From Eledone cirrhosa (taxonomy: Eukaryota): a stretch of 64,000 nucleotides of DNA. Of the stretch, positions 15,301-28,604 are shown one piece after another. The notes under the pieces were generated by a model. That model searched no databases, was not told the DNA's origin, and was given only the letters and a program-made list of their open reading frames with translations. Location of the stretch: contig OZ024752.1 in the NCBI GenBank assembly GCA_964016885.1, positions 20,150,001 to 20,214,000 of the forward strand, read 5' to 3'. Position 1 is the first letter of the stretch. Each line of letters opens with the position of its first letter. The position numbers and the translations under genes are program-made.

Positions 15301-15960
15301 TATACCTTACCTGCCATCTCCACCCTAGCCCACCTAATGAGTTATACCTTACCTGCCATCTCCACCCCAGCCCACCTAATGAGTTATACCTTACCTGCCA
15401 TCTCCACCCCAGCCCACCTAATGAGCTATACCTTACCTGCCATCTCCACCCCAGCCCACCTAATGAGCTATACCTTACCTGCCATCTCCACCCCAGCCCT
15501 TCTAATGAGCTATACCTTACCTGCCATCTCCACCCCAGCCCTTCTAATGAGCTATATCTTACCTGCCATCTCCACCCCAGCCCTCCTAATGAGTTATACC
15601 TTACCTGCCATCTCCACCCCAGCCCTCCTAATGAGCTATACCTTACCTGCCATCTCCACCCTAGCCCACCTAATGATCTATACCTTACCTGCCATCTCCA
15701 CCCCAGCCTTCCTAATGAGCTATACCTTACCTGCCATCTCCACCCCAGCCCACCTAATGAGCTATACCTTACCTGCCATCTCCACCACCCAACACTAAGT
15801 GAACCCTTGCTATTTCAGTACGTAAGTTCAAGAGTGCAGGAATTATTGAGCATGTCTACCCTCTTCATGACACAGAACAGTTGAAACGTTTAGCAACAAG
15901 TTGGGACTTGAAGTCTTTCTTCCGTCAGTTACCCATGGGTAAGTATCTCATTCTTTCTCT

Positions 15961-16037
<77 letters not shown>

Positions 16038-18962
16038 CAGGCATTCTATTGTCATTCAGTCTTTTTTGGCTGTATTCTTCTTTTTTGTCTTCTTTCTTCT
16101 CCTCCATTCAGTTTGTGTCAAAGGACAAAACTTCCCTACACTAAATAGATTGTATGGCCATACATAAACAAGATGCAGACGCTTTGGAATATCTGGGAAT
16201 AGCCCTTCTTCAGTACTTACTTGGTCCATGTAGACCTGTCCAACCCTTGCTAGCAGGGAAAGCAGACATTAAATGATGATTCAAAATATATGGCCGTATA
16301 TGTAGGTTTTATATGTGGCCAATGCTAAGGTGCAGTAAGTAGCAAGTGCCCACAGGATACTATCTCCTTCTATTGCCCAGATGGTTCTATAGAAATAGTG
16401 GACACTTTCCATTACCTGGGTGATGAAATCAACAGTGGTGGAGGGTGTTCTGAAAGTACAGTAATGGGATGGAAAAAGTTCAGAGAGCTAATACCACTGT
16501 TGACCACAAAAGGTTTCTCTCTAAAAATGAAAGGCAGATTGTATGATGCTTGTATACAAACAACAATGTTACATGACTGTGAGACATGGGCATTGTGTGC
16601 AGAGGATCTGTGCAGATTGGAAAGAAACAACGCATGCATGCTCCGATGGATGTGTAATAGTAATATACATGAATGGCAGAGCATAAACAAACGAAGTGAG
16701 AAATTAGGCATAAGAGGGATCAGATGTAGTTTACTAGAGAGGAGATTGTATTGGTAAGATCATGTGGTGCATATGAAGGACAACAGCTGTATAAAAAAGT
16801 GCAGGGAGATCAAAATTGACGAAAGCCTCAGAGTAGGTAAATCCAGAAAGACCTGGTACGAGGTGATAAAAGCTGACCTCTCTAAGACAATGACACAGGA
16901 TCGAGATCTTTAGCGCTATGCAGTAATACAGAAGACCCGTCTTGTAGGCAGCTCTTAATCGAATACACACCCTAAACCCCTACACCCCACACACCCTACA
17001 CCTTCCTCCCACACCACCCTTGCTCTGTAAAGTTATGTTTGTACCACAAAACATCCAGCCCACACTGTAAAGTGGTTGTGTAGGAGAAATGGCAAAAAGC
17101 ACCCAGTCACAATGTAAATGTGGTTGATGTTAGGAAGGGCATCTAGCTGTAGAAAACCAGCCAGATAGTCCTATACGAGCAAGACATGGTCACTCGACCA
17201 AACTTGCCTCAAATGAGACAAATCCATCTCACCCATGCTAGCATGAAATATAAACTTTAAATGATGATGATGATGATAATGATAATTATGAAGTTTGCTT
17301 CACAAGGTGGTTTTGAGTTCAATCCCATTGCACAGCACTTTGGGAAAATGTGTTCTACCATAGCCTTGGATTAATCAAAGCTTTGTTTGTGAATGAAACT
17401 TAGTAGATGGAGACTGTGTGGAAGACCATTGGTGAAACAGTTCCTTAATTGTAGGTGGTAGACTTGATCTATAATCCAATTTAATCAGCTGGATCATGAG
17501 TGACTTCAGCAGAGTCCACTCTGTTGCAAACATTCAGGCTAAACCTCCAGTCTGGACACACCTTCCTCCCACCAGTGTTAGAGGTCCTGATTAAGGTCAT
17601 CATCACTGGTCTTTTTCTTCTGGTTAAGCCTTAAAAGAATGAAAAAAAGCAAAAAAAATATTCAAATTTCTTACCTACTCTGACTAATCCATTTACTGTT
17701 TTGTTTCCTCATTACAGATGACATCAGATCTTATTTTGGAGAGAAACTGGCCATATATTTCTCGTTTCTTATCATCTACACCTATGCCCTCATTGCTCCA
17801 GCTATTATTGGTATCATCTATTTAATCACCAGTTGGAACAACATTTACCGAGAAGCCATCTTTGCTGTCTTCAACCTAATATGGACCACCATTTTTCTGG
17901 AGTTCTGGAAGCGATTCTGTTCTGAGCTCACCTTTAAATGGGGTACTCTCAATGAAGTTCCTGAAACCGAGGAACCTCGTCCAAGCTTCCATGGCGTTTT
18001 GGGTGTAAATCCTGTGACAGGCAATCCTGAGCCTGTCTACCCCAAGTGGAAACGGCGTCTAAGATTTTATTGTGTCACAGTTCCAGTGATAATACTTTGC
18101 TTGTTTCTTGCCTTCGAAGCAATGTTATTGTACTTCCAAATGCAGGATTGGGCAAACCGTCTCTATGAAAATAACCCAAGCTACCTGAACTATGCCAATA
18201 TGTTGTGTTTCCCCAGCATCATCTATGCTGTTGCTGTGACTCTCATGAATCTCTTGTATAACATACTTATTAAGAAGCTCAATGATTTTGGTAAGTGTGT
18301 GGTAACCATGTATATAAAGATATATTTTACATTAAAATGAACTAATTTTGGTTTGACCTGCTATGAGGAGGACAAATATATGTCTGATCATTCTTTTCAT
18401 TCACAAAAATAAAGCTAAAAATTCTTTTCCTGCTGAGGGGGTTCAGCAAAAGACACAGTTTTCTCAAGTTAATGAAGATCTAGATAGATGCAGGTTAGAT
18501 CTGGTTAAGTTAACCTTAACAGGGGGATAGTAGATTTGTTAGTGTTAAGTGCACAAAACCACTTCAATTGTGGACTATAAAAATAGAAATGAAGGTCAAA
18601 CATATATGTGTGTGTGTGAATGATCCCTTAACTTCTAGCAGAGTCATTGGGATGTCGTTGTTACATGCAGTGTACTTTGGGCACTATAAACCTGGCAAGG
18701 CTTATCCCCTATCTAGGTCTGAATGTAGCCGATTTCTTCCAGAGAAGTTGAAAAAGAGATATAGAGAGAGAATTGACCTCAGTACTGGACTAGTACTTTT
18801 TTTATTGACCTTGAAAGGATGAAAAGCAAAGTTGGCTTTGAACTCAGAGCATGCAGTCCTGGAACAAATACCACAAGGCATTATATCTGACATTCTAATG
18901 ACTCTACCCACACACACACACATACATGCTCCCCTCCACACACTCTCGCTCACATACTCACT

Positions 18963-19001
<39 letters not shown>

Positions 19002-22000
19002 TGGTTAAAAAAACGGGAGATTATATCCGTCCTCGAGTATAGTTTACTAATTTGTTGTGGAACTAACTCTCTATCTATCTATCTATCTATATATCTATCC
19101 ACCTTACTGAAGGAATACGAAAGGTTCACAGGAGCGAAGCTGAATCGGGACAAGTCCATCGGTTTGCAACTCAGATTGTGGAGAGGCAAACCGATGCCTT
19201 CCGATGGCATCGTCGGACGCTGGACGGAAGGACTGGTAAAGCTGCTCGGGGTCTGGTTTGGTCCGGACCTCCAGGTGGAGAAGAACTGGAACGAGGTGAC
19301 GGCCAAGGTGTTTGCACTCACCCAGAAGTGGGCCGAGTGCAAACTATCCTTGAAAGGTCGAGCGGAGGTGACGAACACTTTTATAGCATCCGTCATCTAC
19401 TACCACTTGACCGCCGTGCCTTGTCCAGCCAAAACGCTCACCAAAATGGAGCACGCGCTCTTCCAATTCCTTTGGAAGAAGCGGGCTCCTTTGGTGAGAA
19501 GATCCATCTGCTGCCAACACCCTTCCAACGGAGGGCTGGGGATGCCGTGGCTGACAATGCGCAAACACGCGCTCAGGCTGCGGCATCTCTACATATTCCT
19601 CACCGGACAACCGGTGTGGGCCCCGTTCGTGAGGCAAGCCTTCCCACGACTCGCCTCTCTGACCGAGCTGCAGTCCTGGGTCAAGCAAAGACCGAGGAAA
19701 ATGGGCGACTGGAACATCGAATGTGCTCAGGTGCTCACAGCTCTCTGGCAGGCGGACCCGGCGATCAGTGGAGACTCCACTTCGTCATTCTATAGAGGGT
19801 TGATCCGCAGCAAGTGCGACAACATGCTCAGAGAAGCTCTGGGCATGGAGGAAGACGAACTGGCCAGTCTGTTTGGTAGGAACTTCCGCCCGGGACTGAT
19901 GGACAACTTCCAAAAGTCCCTGGCCTGGCAGTGCTACTGAGGAGCTCTAGCAGTTCGGGACAAGCTCTACAGATATGGGCACCTGTGCAGGGGCCCTTCG
20001 AAAAAGATCTGTCCAAGATGCGTGCGAGACGAAGAAACCGTCGCACACGCATTTATACACTGCCCGGGCGTTATCGACCTGTGGGGCTATGTGGAACGAC
20101 TATTGTCGCTGGTGGACCAATCCGGTTGACCACCGAGTCCATTGTCATGATCAAACCGCCACCCTCCTTCAAAAATGGAGGAGAGGCGGTTTTCCTTTGT
20201 GTGGTAGCTATAGCAAAAGAGGTTGTATGGTGGACAAGGTTAAAAGGGCTGAGGTCAGACACCTTTCTCTCCGGCCAACAACTGATTCTTTTTTTCAAAT
20301 ACCACTTTGGAAGAAGAATCAGGAAGGAGAGAGAGAGGTGCTGTACCCCAGCAAGTTTTATGAAAGGTGGGTGAAAGTGGCGAGAATGGCCCGAGTGAAT
20401 GGGCCTTCTCTCTATATCAGCCTGTAGGTTGAGGAAAAGGAGGAAGAGAGGAAAGGGGTACAAACTCTTCGTACTCCTGGAGGTGAGGGCTGCACATTTT
20501 TTCGTTGGTATGTGTTACCCATCTGAAATGTCTCCCCCTATTGGGGAAAATCGATTAACTTTTCAATTGCATTTGTGATAATATTTTACACGTTTTTATT
20601 GTATGTAAACTTCCCCCTTTGTATTTGTCCCCTTCTTTTGTGCCCCTGTTGTGGCTAATAAAGAAACATATCTATATATATGTATATATATATACAATGT
20701 AGTATATATAAGATGTCATGTATTTCTATTTACAGAAAACCATCGGCTGCAGTCTTCCTATGAAAACCATCTGATAGTAAAAATGGTTTCAGTAAGTTAT
20801 GATAATGTGTTACTTTTCCACAATCCCCTTAAATCCCCTTAAATATTTCATACATTAGATATTATTTTCTTTACACAGAATTCTTATTATCCTACACAAT
20901 TCACTCTATATTCTTTCATCACCAGCAACAGCAGCATTTTATATCCATTTTTGTTCCATGCTGGCTAAAGTTGAATATGTCATTCAGATAACATCAATAT
21001 AATCAGAGCTCTTGTCCTCATAAATCTGCTAGTGACTATACCATACTTACATACATTCTAGGATGTCCTTCCGAATGCTAACTACTTTACAGAGTGTACT
21101 GAGTGCATTTAACTATGGCACCATCACTAGTAAAGTTGTCGTCACCTTGACACACCTGAACAGTTCTCTCAACTTTATGACTTACAACGTTGCCCCATAT
21201 CTATACTGACCTCAGTTTCTTAAAGTATCCACCAAATGCTTTATGTTGTCACCACATCCTATCCTACACTCTATACTATCCTATCACTGTCTTTCATATG
21301 TTCTTTACCGTTTTACTATGTAGGATGTTAAAGAAAACTCCATTAACCCTTTAGCATTTAAACTGGTTAGAATTCTCTCACCATCCAGAATTCTCTCACC
21401 TCTTTCTGTTCAAACCGGCTGTAACTGGCCAGTCATACTGATGTTAAGGTATTGTTCTCAAAATAAATAATATTAAAATCTCATAGATTCAATGTTATGT
21501 GAGATAAATATATATATGGCCCCAGCCAGATGGCTGAAACAGGTAAAAGAGTATATATATATATATATATATATGCAGAGGTTATATTTAATTTGTTGGG
21601 ATACAACAAGCTTAAAAATATTTTTATAACTGATATAAAGCACTCAACGGGTAATTGGAGTAAATATACAATATATTAACAAATGGAAACTATATTTATA
21701 AAACCATATTTATTTTATTATACATATTTCAAGGGCCACCAAGGCAAATTATGGTGCGCTTTCATCAGATAAAATACAATACAGATTAGTTTTATAAATA
21801 AATATTGACATACCCTGAAAAAAAGACAACCTTAATGGTTCCTATCCAGGAAGCTCCAACCGTTAAGGTTGTCTTTTTTTCAGGGTATGTCAATATTTAT
21901 TTATAAAACTAATCTGTATTGTATTTTATCTGATGAAAGCGCACCATAATTTGCCTTGGTGGCCCTTGAAATATGTATAATAAAATAAATATGGTTTTAT

Positions 22001-22043
22001 AAATATAGTTTCCATTTGTTAATATATATATATATATATATTG

Positions 22044-22103
<60 letters not shown>

Positions 22104-25100
22104 TATATATATATATCAAATGAAGCAATGGAGTAAAGGACTCCTGTTGTTTCCTGTAATATAATAAGCTCAGGGAAAATTTTCCAAGCTCTTCAAAATA
22201 TATAAGAATACATGAAAAGAACATGTTTTTTCATTACAGGGTGTATGTCACCCTGTGTACAGATTAGCTCTTTTTATTTACACTAGATATGGTTAATGTA
22301 ACATTACTAGGCATGGATTAGTGGATAAGCAAATTGGATTTACAATCATGAGGTTACGAGTTCAATTCCCAAACCAAGTAATGTGTTATGTCCTTGAGCA
22401 AGACACTTTATTTCTGCCAGGAGTTGTGACTGGTAGATAATATCAGCAGTGGAAAGACTAATGGAAACATTGTTTCCTCGGTCCAATATGACAAGTTCCA
22501 CCTCACTCAATAAGCAAACAACATCTGGGATCTTGTCAATTAATTTGATTGATTGATCGAAGGTAGGGGGAGTCTATTGTACAGCATCATATGTACACCA
22601 ACACCAGTAAATACACCTAGCCTGTTAGTATCATATGTACAACTTGAAGCCCTACAGCCACAGTTTCAATATAACAACATACCAACCATATTATCATATA
22701 TATAGATATGTCATGTATACATATATAATGTATACATATATAATGTATAGATATATCATATATATATATATATATCATCATCATCATCATCATCATTTTA
22801 CGTCCGCTTTTCCCTGCTTGCAAGGGTGGGACGGGAACTGATTCTGGCTTGATTTCTACAGCTGGATGCCCTTCCTAACACCAACCTCATTTACAGTGAG
22901 TTCTGGGTGCTTTTTTTCCATGGCACCTCCACGACCACTTTGCAGTGGAATGATATGGACTCCAGTCCCTATCATCTCATTTCTACAGCTGAGTAAACTG
23001 GAGCAATGTGAAATAAAGTGTCTTGCTCAAGGAAACAACACATCACCCGGTCTGGGAATTGAACTCACAACCTTTCGATTGCAAGGCCAATGCTCTAACC
23101 ACTAAGCCATGTGCTTCCATTATCATATATACATATATATATATATCATATATACATATATATAGATATATCATATATATATATATCATATATATATACA
23201 TATATATATAGTGGAGGCACATGGCTTAGTGGTTAGAGCATTGGGCTTGCAATTGAAAGGTTGTGAGTTCAATTCCCAGACCGGGTGATGTGTTGTTTCC
23301 TTGAGCAAGACACTTTATTTCACATTGCTCCAGTTTACTCAGCTGTAGAAATGAGATGATAGGGACTGGAGTCCATATCATTCCACTGCAAAGTGGCCAC
23401 GGCAAAAAAGCACCCAGCACTCACTGTAAATGAGGTTGGTGTTAGGAAGGGCATCCAGCTGTAGAAATCAAGCCACATTCAGTTCCTGTCCCACCCTTGC
23501 AAGCAGGGAAAAGCGGACGTAAAATGAAATGATGATATATATATATATCATATATACATATATATATATCATATATACATATATATATATATATACATAT
23601 ATATTATAGATACATATATACATATATATCACATATATATATATATATAAATGAAAAGTATAGAAATTATTATGAGCAAGAAGCACACAGTATTTCAAAA
23701 TATATAAGTGACTATAGCGTCAACATGGGAAAATAGTTAGCATAAGATGTGGGGAAAATAATTGAAACTCAATTCAAAAAGAATCAGGATATAGATTCAT
23801 CCAACAGAATTTAGTGAAATCCAGGGAAAAATCAATAGAGCCTTAACTCCTGATAAAATAAAGTTTAAAATACTCATCCTTCAATTTGGAAAAACTACAA
23901 ATGCTCTGTATAATCTTGAAAAGACTATTTCACATCATATATATATACATATATATCATATATATACATTTATCATATATACATATATATCATATATATA
24001 TACATATATCATATATACATATATACATATATATCATATATACATATATATATATCATATATACATATATATACATATATATCATATATACATATATATA
24101 TACATATATATCATATATATCATATATACATATATATATACATATATATCATATATACATATATATACATATATACATATATCATATATACATATATATC
24201 ATATATACATATGTCATATATACATATATGATATATGTATATCAAATATACATATATAATATACACTTATATAATATACACATGTATAATCATCATCATC
24301 ATCATCAACGTTTAACGTCCGTGTTCCACGCTTGCATGGGTTTGGACGGGGGTAGTCCCACTTGAGGCAAGAGTGATTGTCTTGCTCGCATAGGACTGTC
24401 TGGCAGGTTTTCTACAGTTGGATGCCCTTCCTAACACCAACCACATTTACAGTGTGGGTCTGGGAGGTTTTTACCGTGTTGCCTACACGGCCACATTACA
24501 GCGTGGACTGTGTGTTTTTTTGTCGTGACACCTACACGATATAATATATATATATATATATATGTAACGGAAGGTGTCCACTATTTCTATAGAACCATCT
24601 GGGCAATAGAAGGAGCTAGTATCTTGTGGGCACTTGCAACTTATTGCACCTGAGCACCGGCCACATATAAAGTCTACGTTCTTAGATAGTTTACCTGTGA
24701 TCCCACTACATCTTTTATGTACCCATACTTTGCATTTGGGACATAAAATGGAATTTCTGCCTACTCCTTTCCTACGCACTGAGCATGGCCATTTCCCAGA
24801 GGGGACCTGTGCCCTATTTTCCTTCCTACATACTAAAACTTTAGTCTTAGACGGAAGTTACGGAGTAGGCAGACCCAAAAAAATCTTGGACGATTTGATA
24901 AATTCCGACCTTAAACACCTGACCCTCTAAGACAATGTCACTGGACCAAGATCTTTGGCGCTACGCAGTAATACAGAAGATCCACCTTGCCTAAGTACAA
25001 AACGAAACCTACAGTCAGTAGGCACCTCTTAACCAAATATACACCCCCTCCTACTAACCCCCCCATCAACACCACCCCTTTCTCTGTAAAGTTATGTTGG

Positions 25101-28100
25101 TACCACAACATCCAGTCCTAAATAAATGAGGTTGTGTAGGTGTCACAACAAAAAAACACACTGTCCACGCTGTAATGTGACCGTGTAGGTAACACGGTAA
25201 AAAGTAACCAGTCCACACTGTAAACGTGGTTGGTGTTAGGAAGGGCATCCATCCATGGAAAACCCGCCAGACAGTCCTACACAAGCGAGACGACCAATCT
25301 TGCCTCAAGTGGGACAATTCCCGTCTAAACCCATGCTAGCGTGGAAGATAGATGTTAAATGATGATGACACATATATAATATATATTTTCTTTCCTTTCC
25401 AGTTCAACTTTGTCAACTCCTTCATGTCGCTGTTTTATATGGCATTTTACCTGCAGGATAACACGCTACTGTATAGTGTAAGTATATATTATACCCTGTA
25501 TATGGAATGTGTCTGTATGTGTGTGTGTAGACATGCAGGTGTGGCTGTATGTCTGTGTGTGTGTGTGTAGACATGCAGGTGTGGCTGTATGTCTGTGTGT
25601 GTGTATAGACATGCAGGTGTGACTGTATGTCTGTGTGTGTGTAGACATGCAGGTGAGGCTGTATGTCTGTGTGTGTGTGTGTGTGTAGACATGCAGATGT
25701 GGCTGTATGTCTGTGTGTGTGTGTGTGTGTGTAGACATGCAGGTGTGGCTGTATGTCTGTGTGTGTGTGTGTGTGTGTGTAGACATGCAGATGTGGCTGT
25801 ATGTCTCTGTGTGTGTGTGTGTGTGTGTGTGTAGACATGCAGGTGTGGCTGTATGTCTGTGTGTGTGTGTGTGTGTGTGTAGACATGCGTTGTGGCTGTA
25901 TGTCTGTGTGTGTGTGTGTGTAGACATGCAGGTGTGGCTGTATGTCTGTGTGTGTGTGTAGACATGCAGGTGTGGCTGTATGTCTGTGTGTGTGTGTGTA
26001 GACATGCAGGTGTGGCTGTATGTCTGTGTGTGTGTGTGTGTAGACATGCAGGTGTGGCTGTATGTCTGTGTGTGTGTGTGTGTAGACATGCAGGTGTGGC
26101 TGTATGTCTGTGTGTGTGTGTAGACATGCAGGTGTGGCTGTATGTCTGTGTGTGTGTGTGTGTAGACATGCAGGTGTGGCTGTATGTCTGTGTGTGTGTG
26201 TGTGTGTAGACATGCAGGTGTGGCTGTATGTCTGTGTGTCTGTGTGTGTAGACATGCAGGTGTGGCTGTATGTCTGTGTGTGTGTGTGTGTAGACATGCA
26301 GGTGTGGCTGTATGTCTGTCTGTGTGTGTGTGTAGACATGCAGGTGTGGCTGTATGTCTGTGTGTGTGTGTGTGTGTGTAGACATGCAGGTGTGGCTGTA
26401 TGTCTGTGTGTGTGTGTGTAGACATGCAGGTGTGGCTGTATGTCTGTGTGTGTGTGTAGACATGCAGTTGTGGCTGTATGTCTGTGTGTGTGTGTGTGTA
26501 GACAAGCAGTTGTGGCTGTATGTCTGTGTGTGTGTGTGTGTAGACATGCAGGTGTGGCTGTAAGTCTGTGTGTGTGTGTGTGTAGACATGCAGGTGTGGC
26601 TGTATGTCTGTGTGTGTGTGTAGACATGCAGGTGTGGCTGTATGTCTGTGTGTGTGTGTGTAGACATGCAGGTGTGGCTGTATGTCTGTGTGTGTGTGTG
26701 TAGACATGCAGGTGTGGCTGTATGTCTGTGTGTGTGTGTGTAGACATGCAGGTGTGGCTGTATGTCTGTGTGTGTGTGTAGACATGCAGGTGTGGATGTA
26801 TGTCTGTGTGTGGGTGTGTGTAGACATGCAGGTGTGGCTGTATGTCTGTGTGTGTGTGTGTAGACATGCAGGTGTGGCTGTATGTCTGTGTGTGTGTATA
26901 GACATGCAGGTGTGACTGTATGTCTGTGTGTGTGTAGACATGCAGGTGAGGCTGTATGTCTGTGTGTGTGTGTGTGTGTAGACATGCAGATGTGGCTGTA
27001 TGTCTGTGTGTGTGTGTGTGTGTGTAGACATGCAGGTGTGGCTGTATGTCTGTGTGTGTGTGTGTGTGTGTGTAGACATGCAGATGTGGCTGTATGTCTC
27101 TGTGTGTGTGTGTGTGTGTGTGTGTAGACATGCAGGTGTGGCTGTATGTCTGTGTGTGTGTGTGTGTGTGTGTAGACATGCGTTGTGGCTGTATGTCTGT
27201 GTGTGTGTGTGTGTAGACATGCAGGTGTGGCTGTATGTCTGTGTGTGTGTGTAGACATGCAGGTGTGGCTGTATGTCTGTGTGTGTGTGTAGACATGCAG
27301 GTGTGGCTGTATGTCTGTGTGTGTGTGTGTGTAGACATGCAGGTGTGGCTGTATGTCTGTGTGTGTGTGTGTGTAGACATGCAGGTGTGGCTGTATGTCT
27401 GTGTGTGTGTGTAGACATGCAGGTGTGGCTGTATGTCTGTGTGTGTGTGTGTGTAGACATGCAGGTGTGGCTGTATGTCTGTGTGTGTGTGTGTGTGTAG
27501 ACATGCAGGTGTGGCTGTATGTCTGTGTGTCTGTGTGTGTAGACATGCAGGTGTGGCTGTATGTCTGTGTGTGTGTGTGTGTAGACATGCAGGTGTGGCT
27601 GTATGTCTGTCTGTGTGTGTGTGTAGACATGCAGGTGTGGCTGTATGTCTGTGTGTGTGTGTGTGTGTGTGTGTAGACATGCAGGTGTGGCTGTATGTCT
27701 GTGTGTGTGTGTGTAGACATGCAGGTGTGGCTGTATGTCTGTGTGTGTGTGTAGACATGCAGTTGTGGCTGTATGTCTGTGTGTGTGTGTGTGTAGACAA
27801 GCAGTTGTGGCTGTATGTCTGTGTGTGTGTGTGTGTAGACATGCAGGTGTGGCTGTAAGTCTGTGTGTGTGTGTGTGTAGACATGCAGGTGTGGCTGTAT
27901 GTCTGTGTGTGTGTGTAGACATGCAGGTGTGGCTGTATGTCTGTGTGTGTGTGTGTAGACATGCAGGTGTGGCTGTATGTCTGTGTGTGTGTGTGTAGAC
28001 ATGCAGGTGTGGCTGTATGTCTGTGTGTGTGTGTGTAGACATGCAGGTGTGGCTGTATGTCTGTGTGTGTGTGTAGACATGCAGGTGTGGATGTATGTCT

Positions 28101-28573
28101 GTGTGTGGGTGTGTGTAGACATGCAGGTGTGGCTGTATGTCTGTGTGTGTGTGTGTAGACATGCAGGTGTGGCTGTATGTCTGTGTGTGGGTGTGTGTAG
28201 ACATGCAGGTGTGGCTGTATGTCTGTGTGTGTGTGTGTAGACATGCAGGTGTGGCTGTATGTCTGTGTGTGTGTGTGTAGACATGCAGGTGTGGCTGTAT
28301 GTCTGTGTGTGTGTGTAGACATGCAGGTGTGGATGTATGTCTGTGTGTGTGTGTGTGTAGACATGCAGGTGTGGCTGTATGTCTGTGTGTGTGTGTAGAC
28401 ATGCAGTTGTGGCTGTATGTCTGTGTGTGTGTGTAGACATGCAGGTGTGGCTGTATGTCTCTGTGTGTGTGTGTGTAGACATGCAGGTGTGGCTGTATGT
28501 CTGTGTGTGTGTGTAGACATGCAGGTGTGGCTGTATGTCTGTGTGTGTGTGTAGACATGCAGGTGGGGCTGTA

Positions 28574-28604
<31 letters not shown>

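Noticed and set aside
8689-15798. 400-880 aa repeat ORFs ([28 protein letters not shown])
   Set aside because: They result from a 42-bp (multiple of 3) stop-free unit inside an ANO10 intron; deletions break the frame and there is no gene context
21518-21553. GAAACAGGTA resembling a hammerhead 3' half
   Set aside because: No CUGANGA partner; looks like an isolated SINE tail between TA runs
25529-25554. p53 half-site in AGACATGCAG
   Set aside because: Fails the YYY end of RRRCWWGYYY and has no adjacent second half-site
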